In this document: one piece after another, positions 7,793 through 15,018 of the stretch
Layout of the letters: each line of letters opens with the position of its first letter
Position numbering within the stretch: the stretch's first letter is position 1
From: a virus
IMG/VR virus record: IMGVR_UViG_3300025858_000002
DNA length: 49,385 bases
Reading direction: 5' to 3' (one strand)
The notes under the pieces: model-generated
The model's input: the letters and a program-made list of their open reading frames with translations, nothing else
What the model was told of the DNA's origin: nothing
Databases searched by the model: none
Position numbers and translations under genes: made by a program

Positions 7793-8578
7793 TTAAAATA
7801 AAGCATTTAGCTTTATTGGTTTGTTCGAGTATAAACGCTCGATGCCTTTCTTTTTATTTAATGCCCCACCCCCTTCATTCCATTTAGAGAATTCAGCCAC
7901 TAAATAAAACTCTTTTGGCATAGAATATTCAGATATTAAAACAACATTATCCTGTTCTAATGCCCATTTATAAAATGTATCGTGATCAAACTTTCCAGAC
8001 TTATAACCGTGCTTCCCAGCGTAAGGTGGATCACAATATATCAACCAACCTTTAGGTACATCAAAGTCACTATAAGACCCTTCTATAAATTCTAGGTCTA
8101 GATTAACTCTTGAATGTAGTAGTATTATATCTTCTATATGTGAATATCTTTGATTGGGCTCAGCTTTGCCAGCTAAGAATTCAGCTATTTTTTTATCTTC
8201 TTTAGACTTTGCACAAAGATAAGTACCACCTTGATTTGAGAATGACCACATAGATCTTATCATTGCTCCAATATAAGTATCATCTTTCTTCATAATATTA
8301 AATTCATCTCTGGTAATAGGTATATCTTTGTATTGCTTTACCCATTCTGGGAACTGTTTACAATGTCTATGTAGATCAATCACACCAGATTCTATATCGT
8401 TAGCAACCACTTTAAACCCCTTTTGAGCCATATAATATGCAAAAGATCCACCACCAGTAAATGCATCATAAATACCTATAGGCTTATCTATATCTAGATT
8501 CCTAATGGTTTCGTATAATTCATCTAGTATTCCTGCTTTATTTCCAAGATAGGGGATACGAGGTTCTAATTCAGACAT
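7793..8578 (-). CDS. Dam-like N6-adenine DNA methyltransferase (D12 class)
   Basis: FTGGGSF (motif I) and IYCDPPY (motif IV). ATG 8578 is preferred to the TTG at 8590 used by the ORF track. Confidence 0.8.
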   Translation of the reverse strand: MSELEPRIPYLGNKAGILDELYETIRNLDIDKPIGIYDAFTGGGSFAYYMAQKGFKVVANDIESGVIDLHRHCKQFPEWVKQYKDIPITRDEFNIMKKDDTYIGAMIRSMWSFSNQGGTYLCAKSKEDKKIAEFLAGKAEPNQRYSHIEDIILLHSRVNLDLEFIEGSYSDFDVPKGWLIYCDPPYAGKHGYKSGKFDHDTFYKWALEQDNVVLISEYSMPKEFYLVAEFSKWNEGGGALNKKKGIERLYSNKPIKLNALF

Positions 8579-8723
8579 TTTTATTCTCAAGGTTTTTTCT
8601 ACGGTATTTGTTTTGGTTTTTTCTTATAGTTTCTGCACGATTTTGACATTTAATTAAATAATCATAATCATCTTTACAGATAGTAACAAACTCTTTACTT
8701 TTCTTTACTGGTTCTATTATCAT
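8571..8723 (-). CDS. Hypothetical small basic protein (50 aa)
   Basis: Own translation MIIEPVKKSKEFVTICKDDYDYLIKCQNRAE.... ATGA overlap with the upstream gene. Confidence 0.4.
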   Translation of the reverse strand: MIIEPVKKSKEFVTICKDDYDYLIKCQNRAETIRKNQNKYRRKNLENKNV

Positions 8724-8902
8724 ATATCTACTCTTTTAATATCTTTATTTAACATATCTTTTAGACAAGTTTTATTACATCTAATAGTTGTAGTGGGATT
8801 TTGGAAAACAAATAACTTTAATTGGGAATTATATCCTGCATACTGGTACGTATTTCCATATATTTCATATAAACCAAACGGTTTTAAATCAGTCAACTTC
8901 AC
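8720..8902 (-). CDS. Hypothetical protein
   Basis: ORF track. Overlaps the helicase gene end. Confidence 0.5.
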   Translation of the reverse strand: MKLTDLKPFGLYEIYGNTYQYAGYNSQLKLFVFQNPTTTIRCNKTCLKDMLNKDIKRVDI

Positions 8903-9818
8903 TATACTCTCCTATTTCAAATTGTTTACTAGCTTTAAGTAATTGTTGTTTATTCAAGCCATCTACTACATAGCCACTAGCATCAAAGTCCTTTATTTCC
9001 TTAAAGTATCTTTCATACTTACCATTACACCAAAACAATCTGCCCATTGCTAAGTGTCCGTATCTATCTTTTCTAATAGCCATCAAAGTAGCTTTTCTTT
9101 CTTCTGTATCAAAGAAAGGATCTCTTGCAAGGGTTATAACAATAGTAGCAACATCTGCCTTTTGTGAACCACCTTTCAAATCATACATACCAGGTATTAA
9201 ACAAGTAGCTGGTAGGTCTTTACGTATCTGGGAAAAGGTAATTATGCAAACGTTTTTTTGGAAAGCTAGATTAGCTAGTTGTTTCATAGCATATCTAATA
9301 AACTGTAAATCGGCAGTTTGGTCATTAGAAACGTGATCTATATGGTCAATAATTATCAATTTTTTACCTATTGAGATATATTTTTCTACTTCTCTTAATA
9401 AAGTTTTTAGGTCTTGAACACCATCCGTAGATTCTATTAAAGAAAACATAGGAACATCCCCACCAGATAACTTACCAAATAGTTCATCTAGGCAGGTGGT
9501 ATATTTCTCATATTTAGTCGGGTTTCTTGAAAAGTCTGTCAGAAATTGACGGTAATTATTTTTATCTTGGGGATTTGCGGATTTGTATTCAGTGAAAACT
9601 GCTTGTCTTAGAAAGTCGCCTTTTGCGTTCTCTAATGAGAAAAGAGATGTAGGTATATCTTGCTCGGTGGCAGTCTTTGCAATAGTATTTGCAAATGTAG
9701 TTTTACCGGAACCCGACATAGCCGCAAACATAATTAAATCACCGCTACATATTCCTGTGAGGTTTACATCTAAAAATGGGATGCCCCAACTACCAAGCCT
9801 TTCCATACTCAACTCCAA
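8889..9818 (-). CDS. DnaB-C-terminal/RecA-fold ATPase (replicative helicase-like)
   Basis: Walker A AAMSGSGKTT and Walker B LIIIDHIDHV. Confidence 0.55.
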   Translation of the reverse strand: MELSMERLGSWGIPFLDVNLTGICSGDLIMFAAMSGSGKTTFANTIAKTATEQDIPTSLFSLENAKGDFLRQAVFTEYKSANPQDKNNYRQFLTDFSRNPTKYEKYTTCLDELFGKLSGGDVPMFSLIESTDGVQDLKTLLREVEKYISIGKKLIIIDHIDHVSNDQTADLQFIRYAMKQLANLAFQKNVCIITFSQIRKDLPATCLIPGMYDLKGGSQKADVATIVITLARDPFFDTEERKATLMAIRKDRYGHLAMGRLFWCNGKYERYFKEIKDFDASGYVVDGLNKQQLLKASKQFEIGEYSEVD

Positions 9819-9860
9819 CCGATTCGTTTTTACTATACTACAAACTTTTAGGATTGCAAA

Positions 9861-10208
9861 TTATTTTTTTAGCCTGCTTTTTAGTAAGGCTTCCTTGGCT
9901 TTATATAGTCCTAAATCACCCTTAAAGTAGATATCACCACCATCTGAGAACCCTTGGTAACGCGAATCTATTGCAAACAAGACAGCATCTATTGCATAGA
10001 GCCAACAGTCCTCCGATAGGATCTTTAACTCTTTAGCTTTTCTTAAACGACCTGCATCTGTATAAGGGGGGATAAGGTCACCATCACGTCTTGTTCTATA
10101 CTTTTCAAAGTACTTAACAAGAGATAGATAATCGCCTGGTGTTATTTCACTTGGATCCATTGGAACATCAATAGATTCTAGTAGAGCTAGAACATCTTTC
10201 TTTTTCAT
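9861..10208 (-). CDS. Hypothetical protein
   Basis: ORF track. SD AAAGGA upstream. Confidence 0.5.
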   Translation of the reverse strand: MKKKDVLALLESIDVPMDPSEITPGDYLSLVKYFEKYRTRRDGDLIPPYTDAGRLRKAKELKILSEDCWLYAIDAVLFAIDSRYQGFSDGGDIYFKGDLGLYKAKEALLKSRLKK

Positions 10209-10220
10209 ATTTAATCCTTT

Positions 10221-10410
10221 TGGTGAGGCTGACCAGCAACTTGGATTTCAATGGTCATTTAACGGTAGCGACACCGGGGGTATGAACCCCGTCTAGCCAG
10301 CGGACCGGAAGCCCAGTCCACACCTTTTCCGCACCTCAAAACTGGCGGGGACCGATAACCTTGCGGGGTCACTAAGACACTCCTAGGATGGTCAATCTAA
10401 ATTCGTCCCC
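10221..10410 (-). ncRNA. GC-rich structured RNA (elements B2/B3)
   Basis: A sampled 60-nt line is about 65% GC, against about 32% in flanking genes. No ORF. GGGGAC/GUCCCC helix followed by G-CCA. T-arm-like hairpin CGGGG-UUCAUAC-CCCCG. The 3' end reads GCCUC-ACCA just before SD AAAGGA. Confidence 0.4.
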
Positions 10411-10415
10411 ATAAC

Positions 10416-10461
10416 TGGTGGGCAGGATACAGACGATTTCTACCTGTATAGCAACTGCCCA
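10416..10461 (-). ncRNA. tRNA-Tyr acceptor-mimic minihelix (element B1)
   Basis: Minus strand reads GGGCAG-UUGCU-AUACAG-GUAGAAAUCGU-CUGUAU-C-CUGCCC-ACCA. Plus-strand 12-mer ctggtgggcagg (10415-10426) is identical to the tRNA-Tyr 3' end (14077-14088). Confidence 0.5.
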
Positions 10462-10466
10462 TAAAC

Positions 10467-10670
10467 TTATCTTGTTTTATAAGATTGTAATACTTCAATA
10501 ACACGCCAACTTGGAAATTTCTCAACTTTAACATCTACTTGGTCTTGTGTTTTAATTTCAACACGTACACCTTTCCAAACATTATCACTGATTTGTCCAA
10601 GGGTATAAACCTTGTATTGTTTACTTTCCATCACTGGTGTTAATTTAGATAAATCATATTTCTGTATCAT
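10467..10670 (-). CDS. Hypothetical protein
   Basis: ORF track. Confidence 0.5.
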   Translation of the reverse strand: MIQKYDLSKLTPVMESKQYKVYTLGQISDNVWKGVRVEIKTQDQVDVKVEKFPSWRVIEVLQSYKTR

Positions 10671-10936
10671 TTTTTACTCCTAGTTTTTCTATCCAATTTT
10701 TCGTAGAAATTCTGCCAATAAAAAGCTTCCGCTAATTCTCTTTCTGAAGTTAAACAAAGACTTCTTATAGATTTTATTACTTTGATTGCTTCTTTGCTTG
10801 GCTTTTTGTTATTTGATGGATTAAAATTAAATCTAATTGTAATAAATAAAAGCCATAAAACTAACTCATATTTTGAGATACCAAATCCTATAGCAAATTT
10901 TAATAAACGTCTAGAAGATTGCATATTTATGTGCAT
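10667..10936 (-). CDS. Hypothetical protein (N-terminal hydrophobic segment)
   Basis: ORF track. ATGA overlap with the downstream gene. Confidence 0.45.
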   Translation of the reverse strand: MHINMQSSRRLLKFAIGFGISKYELVLWLLFITIRFNFNPSNNKKPSKEAIKVIKSIRSLCLTSERELAEAFYWQNFYEKLDRKTRSKK

Positions 10937-10939
10937 CTA

Positions 10940-11116
10940 TTATTCCTTTATTTTAATAACTTTACAATCAACATATTCCCACGCAATTACATCTGGTGCC
11001 GATTTCCAATATATACAATCGTGATAATCATCAGATAATTCTGTTATTTCCATTGGACAAAATGTTATTCTTTTTACATATTTGTCGCCTATTTTCAAAT
11101 AATATCTAAAAGCCAT
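10940..11116 (-). CDS. Hypothetical small protein (58 aa)
   Basis: Own translation MAFRYYLKIGDKYVKRITFCPMEITELSDDYHDCIYWK.... It fills an otherwise empty gap. Confidence 0.4.
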   Translation of the reverse strand: MAFRYYLKIGDKYVKRITFCPMEITELSDDYHDCIYWKSAPDVIAWEYVDCKVIKIKE

Positions 11117-11119
11117 AAC

Positions 11120-11323
11120 TCACTCCACTATTATTGTATCCCGCTTTACTGGGATTATTTCTGTTTCTTTTGGGTCAAGTAATATATAAGCACAGTGTCT
11201 TGCATACCATTTATATTTATACCATTTAGCAAATTCTATATTTTCTTGCCAGCCAAGATACCAACCTGTCCAATATAGTCCTGTATTTTTAATTCTAATA
11301 ACCCAATACACTTTATCTTTCAT
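11120..11323 (-). CDS. Hypothetical protein
   Basis: ORF track. Confidence 0.5.
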   Translation of the reverse strand: MKDKVYWVIRIKNTGLYWTGWYLGWQENIEFAKWYKYKWYARHCAYILLDPKETEIIPVKRDTIIVE

Positions 11324-11345
11324 ATCTATTCCTTTTATAAATTAC

Positions 11346-11534
11346 TCAGTGAATCAACATTTCAAATTCACGATTCATAAAATTAACACACCATTTATAA
11401 TCAATACCATTATTAGGTGGATTTTCAATAGAAGCCAATGCAGTCATATAACCTAAAACAAATGTAAACGAATTACTCTCTAACATTTTATGTATTAACA
11501 TTGTTTCGCTATTTTGATTTTGCCAAGGTATCAT
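11346..11534 (-). CDS. Hypothetical protein
   Basis: ORF track. Confidence 0.45.
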   Translation of the reverse strand: MIPWQNQNSETMLIHKMLESNSFTFVLGYMTALASIENPPNNGIDYKWCVNFMNREFEMLIH

Positions 11535-11655
11535 ATTGTTCTCCTAATATTTCAAGAGCTTCAACTGCAATAACCCATCTCTGGGCTCCTGCACCAGTTC
11601 CTACAATAGATTTTAACGCCGCTAAAGCAATCTTATATTTTTCTTCATAGGTCAT
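11509..11655 (-). CDS. Hypothetical small protein (48 aa)
   Basis: Own translation MTYEEKYKIALAALKSIVGTGAGAQRWVIAVEALEILGEQYDTLAKSK. Confidence 0.4.
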   Translation of the reverse strand: MTYEEKYKIALAALKSIVGTGAGAQRWVIAVEALEILGEQYDTLAKSK

Positions 11656-11657
11656 AT

Positions 11658-12083
11658 TTAGTTTCCTTCAAATAACGTTAATTGATGCGATGCCTGTTTC
11701 TGCCAGTCCTGTTTAAACTGTACACAATCTTTAACTTCTGTTATGAATAGAGTTTCTGCACTCATTCTAACAACTCTAGCTGCTCTAGTCCAAACAAACC
11801 TTTCACAGGGTATTTGACCACGTAGAAACCATCTACCCTTATTAGTCACTACCCACTCACCATTATCTTCTTTCCGTAGGGGTATCGCAAGTCCAAAATA
11901 ACGAAGCTTTTGAAAGTTTGTGTATTCTGTTTTGTTTTGTATTAGCTGGTTAAGGTTAGCTTGCTTATTAGGCGTATTGTATAGGTCTACAAGTCCTTTT
12001 ATTAAAACTTTAGTTAGCCCGTGTTTATATTCTGTAGGTATTCTAAGACCACAGCAAGGGCAATACTCTGGTTCTTTCTTCAT
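11658..12083 (-). CDS. Hypothetical protein with N-terminal CPCC zinc knuckle
   Basis: Start taken at MKKEPEYCPCCG, with SD AAAGGA upstream. Its C-terminal 45 aa has a truncated paralogue at 12747..12923. Confidence 0.5.
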   Translation of the reverse strand: MKKEPEYCPCCGLRIPTEYKHGLTKVLIKGLVDLYNTPNKQANLNQLIQNKTEYTNFQKLRYFGLAIPLRKEDNGEWVVTNKGRWFLRGQIPCERFVWTRAARVVRMSAETLFITEVKDCVQFKQDWQKQASHQLTLFEGN

Positions 12084-12188
12084 CTTATATCCTTTTATCT
12101 TTCTTAATAGAATCTTTACCCGCTGAATAACCCATCCAATAATTAAGCTGGCACATACCAATGTATAATAAAAGTAATGTTATGTCAT

Positions 12189-12734
12189 TCATTTCTTATC
12201 CTTTTTACATATCTCTTTTGCAGATGCTACCCAAATTGCTAAAAACACTAAACATCCAACTGTTATTGTTGTTGTAGTCGTGTATGTTGTCCACAGATAT
12301 ATTATTCCTGCACCTACGGCTATTACTGCAAAAGAAAATAACAAAATAGCTACTGGGTTTGTTAAAGACATTAGTCTTAATTTAAACTTACTGGTATGTA
12401 TATCTAAAACCCCTCTTTCTGAGTTTCCAATAGCACTTTCTCTTCCAAACAATATTTGTAGATATCTCTTATAGGTAATTTTTTTGCCAAGATATTCTTC
12501 ATATGAAGATAATTTTCTAACACTTATTGATAAACAAAAACCAATCACAAACAAAACCATAAGCCCCATAATAACAAACATTATATGAACTGGGAGCATT
12601 GGATAGAAAGTCATACTTAAGTATTCTATCCCTGTGACAAGCCCAAATCCTAGACCAAGCAAAAGAAACGTTCCAAGAGTCAAAAATATAATCCATCCAA
12701 TTATCACGAAAAAAGCTTTTAAATAACATCTCAT
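12189..12734 (-). CDS. Multi-pass membrane protein
   Basis: At least four hydrophobic helices in the ORF-track translation. Confidence 0.55.
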   Translation of the reverse strand: MRCYLKAFFVIIGWIIFLTLGTFLLLGLGFGLVTGIEYLSMTFYPMLPVHIMFVIMGLMVLFVIGFCLSISVRKLSSYEEYLGKKITYKRYLQILFGRESAIGNSERGVLDIHTSKFKLRLMSLTNPVAILLFSFAVIAVGAGIIYLWTTYTTTTTITVGCLVFLAIWVASAKEICKKDKK

Positions 12735-12746
12735 AATTCTATCCTT

Positions 12747-12923
12747 TTATTTACTATTTTCTGCAATTAAATCTAATAAATTAGTCATTGCTGCCTGTTC
12801 GCGCCATTCTTGTTTATATTGAACACAATCTTTTATATCAGATATTCCAACAATTTCACTGCTATATCTGGTAACTTGTGCCTGTCTGGTCCAGACAAAT
12901 TGTGATACTTTTATTTCTTTCTT
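12747..12923 (-). pseudogene. Orphan C-terminal fragment paralogous to the 11658..12083 product
   Basis: Own translation QFVWTRQAQVTRYSSEIVGISDIKDCVQYKQEWREQAA aligns with RFVWTRAARVVRMSAETLFITEVKDCVQFKQDWQKQAS. The frame opens only after a TGA inside the methyltransferase gene end and has no start codon. Confidence 0.5.
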
Positions 12924-13411
12924 TCAACAACACATATTGTGTCATTATGAGCTCCCCCGTGAGGAACAAGCAAAACTTCAACTATTTCAAATCCATATTT
13001 ATTACCAACACCACCAGACGACCATCCAAACGATATTACATAACCCCCTGTTTTCACTATTCTTTGCAATTCTGGTCTAGACTTAGTCATAGGGTTAGAT
13101 TGTGTGTCTTGTGTGGTGCAACTACCTCTCACTTTTCTATAAACTTCCGATAGCTGTCTTAATGAGTATGGAGGGTCAAATAAAACGCAATCAACTGATT
13201 CATTATCAAATCTTTTAAGAAACTCTAAGTAATCTAGATGGTTATCAGCAGAAGTATTCGGGTCAATGTCGTTAGTTACATCTGCAATTTTACAATCTTT
13301 TGCAAACGGGTCTATTATAAAACCTATTTTGTAATTATTTATTAGGTCTTTTATGGGTTTAATTGTAAAAGTTAGAGAATTTGGCATCGCCCATATTCTA
13401 TTTATTTTCAT
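12911..13411 (-). CDS. Small DNA methyltransferase (N6-A or N4-C type)
   Basis: IIDPFA (motif I-like) and LFDPPYS (motif IV). Confidence 0.7.
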   Translation of the reverse strand: MKINRIWAMPNSLTFTIKPIKDLINNYKIGFIIDPFAKDCKIADVTNDIDPNTSADNHLDYLEFLKRFDNESVDCVLFDPPYSLRQLSEVYRKVRGSCTTQDTQSNPMTKSRPELQRIVKTGGYVISFGWSSGGVGNKYGFEIVEVLLVPHGGAHNDTICVVERKK

Positions 13412-13791
13412 AACTCTACTCCTTTATCTGTATTTATATTGCCGATGATTTCAATATCTGTGGCTTGTGTATATATTTTATCTAGGCTTGCTAAATATAT
13501 TACTTCATCTGAATTTATAGACTCATATCTTACCCCAAAATAATCAACGCCAATACGAAAATCCCCTTTGTTATCTATATGAACAACATCCCCTTCATAA
13601 ATCAGTATCCCGTTTTTATCTTTTAATCCTGTGCATTGTTCAGCAGTAAATCGTCCCGCAAGGGTTAGCATATTATATAAATCTAATTGAATTGATTTGT
13701 CGGCATTCCAAGTATGCGTAGTGTTATCAAATGGTGCATATCTTTGCAAATCATTATCCCAAAATCTAAACTTAAATCTTTCATTATTCAT
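13408..13791 (-). CDS. YopX-like protein
   Basis: KFRFWD...GLKDKNGILIYEGDVV pattern. Confidence 0.55.
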   Translation of the reverse strand: MNNERFKFRFWDNDLQRYAPFDNTTHTWNADKSIQLDLYNMLTLAGRFTAEQCTGLKDKNGILIYEGDVVHIDNKGDFRIGVDYFGVRYESINSDEVIYLASLDKIYTQATDIEIIGNINTDKGVEL

Positions 13792-13802
13792 AATCTATCC
13801 TT

Positions 13803-14057
13803 TTATTTTATAAAACACATAAAACCCAAAATAGCAATAATTATCCAGATTATTTGAAAATCTCTTAACTTTGCCATTTGTGTTATTGTTTTATCTTGTT
13901 CTGCTAATCTTTTAGCTTCTTCTTTTGTATAAATACCATTGTCAATATCCCAAAGCAATTCTCGTAGATACGCAATTCTGTATTCTCTTTTCATACAATC
14001 TTTTGTAAAAGTATACTTATGTGTTGCAGAAGCATATTCAAACGGTACATTACTCAT
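13803..14057 (-). CDS. Hypothetical protein with C-terminal transmembrane helix
   Basis: ORF track. C-terminus IIWIIIAILGFMCFI. Confidence 0.5.
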   Translation of the reverse strand: MSNVPFEYASATHKYTFTKDCMKREYRIAYLRELLWDIDNGIYTKEEAKRLAEQDKTITQMAKLRDFQIIWIIIAILGFMCFIK

Positions 14058-14077
14058 ATCTCTATCCTTTTATAATC

Positions 14078-14162
14078 TGGTGGGCAGGGCTGGATTTGAA
14101 CCAACGAACTCTGAGAGAACAGATTTACAGTCTGCCTGCTTTAACCTCTTGCATACCTACCC
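14078..14162 (-). tRNA. tRNA-Tyr (anticodon GUA), class II, CCA encoded
   Basis: Hand-folded cloverleaf. Acceptor GGGUAGG/CCUGCCC. D stem UGC/GCA with a GG loop. Anticodon arm GCAGA-CUGUAAA-UCUGU. 13-nt variable arm. T arm GUUGG-UUCAAAU-CCAGC. Ends A-CCA. Confidence 0.9.
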
Positions 14163-14168
14163 ATAATT

Positions 14169-14280
14169 TGGTGGGGATTTCGTAAGGCGTATATCTCTCT
14201 TTCAAGATACTTTATATTGCTTACCCTTTATTTCAAGGCACGATGTCATTATTCATCACTCACGCCACCCTATTATCCCC
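14169..14280 (-). ncRNA. tRNA-like RNA (element C), 6 nt upstream of tRNA-Tyr
   Basis: Terminal helix GGGGAU/AUCCCC joins 14280-14275 and 14178-14173, then A-CCA (14172-14169). Internal hairpins CCUU-GAAAUA-AAGG and AUCU-UGAAAGAG-AGAU. No cloverleaf. Confidence 0.4.
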
Positions 14281-14415
14281 ATAAAGTGCCAGACACTCTC
14301 TGGCGGGAGACCGCTATCAGGTATTTTAACGAGTTATAGCTGCTCTCGTCTATTTTCGCAGGTCGAGCATAGATACTCGGAACTCTCATCGTTCAGCACA
14401 AACCCGACTATCTGC
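14281..14415 (-). ncRNA. Structured non-coding spacer
   Basis: No ORF. Hairpins CCAGA-GAGUG-UCUGG, GCGG-UCUC-CCGC and CGAG-UAUCUAUG-CUCG. Confidence 0.3.
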
Positions 14416-14715
14416 TTATTTAGCAGAATCTTGTTTAATACTCACTTTTATATTCTGTTCAGCATTTCCATAAACGGCATTTGGCATAATCATTTTTTCA
14501 TATAATTCCATTGGAATCATTTTACCATCTTTTTCTGCATAGCAGTCTGTATAATAAGACCAATTAGTCTTCGTGTTATACAAATCAGCTTTTTTGTGGC
14601 AGGCAGGTCTATCAATAACAATACCCCAAAAAGATATTATTGCAAATATTGCTAAAAATATTCCAAATATTACTCCAAAAAACAATAGAATTGGGTGGTC
14701 ATTTATATCAAACAT
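14416..14715 (-). CDS. Membrane-anchored hypothetical protein
   Basis: N-terminal transmembrane segment ILLFFGVIFGIFLAIFAIISFWGIV. SD AAAGGA upstream. Confidence 0.55.
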   Translation of the reverse strand: MFDINDHPILLFFGVIFGIFLAIFAIISFWGIVIDRPACHKKADLYNTKTNWSYYTDCYAEKDGKMIPMELYEKMIMPNAVYGNAEQNIKVSIKQDSAK

Positions 14716-14863
14716 TTTATTTCCTTTTTGTTTTAAAAGCTAGATATAGCAGTTGCTTTCACATCTCTTTTACTAGACGCTATACTCAAAACTTCTGGAA
14801 AGCGTATGCCTCGCACGGATTTATCATCTTTGTATATCTCTACATACGCACTCTCCAAAACTT

Positions 14864-15001
14864 TTACATACTAATCAGTTTATAAATAAACGGTATGCAG
14901 AACAATAAACTTGCTAATAACTTACCAATAAAATTATCAGCTGTTAGTCTTAATACGTTTGTCCCTAAACAAATAGTTAATATGATTGCATAAGTTAACA
15001 T
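14864..15001 (-). CDS. Hypothetical small membrane protein (45 aa)
   Basis: Own translation MLTYAIILTICLGTNVLRLTADNFIGKLLASLLFCIPFIYKLISM. SD AAGGA upstream. Confidence 0.4.
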   Translation of the reverse strand: MLTYAIILTICLGTNVLRLTADNFIGKLLASLLFCIPFIYKLISM

Positions 15002-15018
15002 CTTTTATATCCTTATAT

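Noticed and set aside
14290-14350. Near-hammerhead strings CUGAACGAUGAG and CUGAUAG in the spacer upstream of element C.
   Set aside because: The core positions are violated (an insertion in one, G8 replaced in the other), and no stem III with a UH cleavage site could be drawn.
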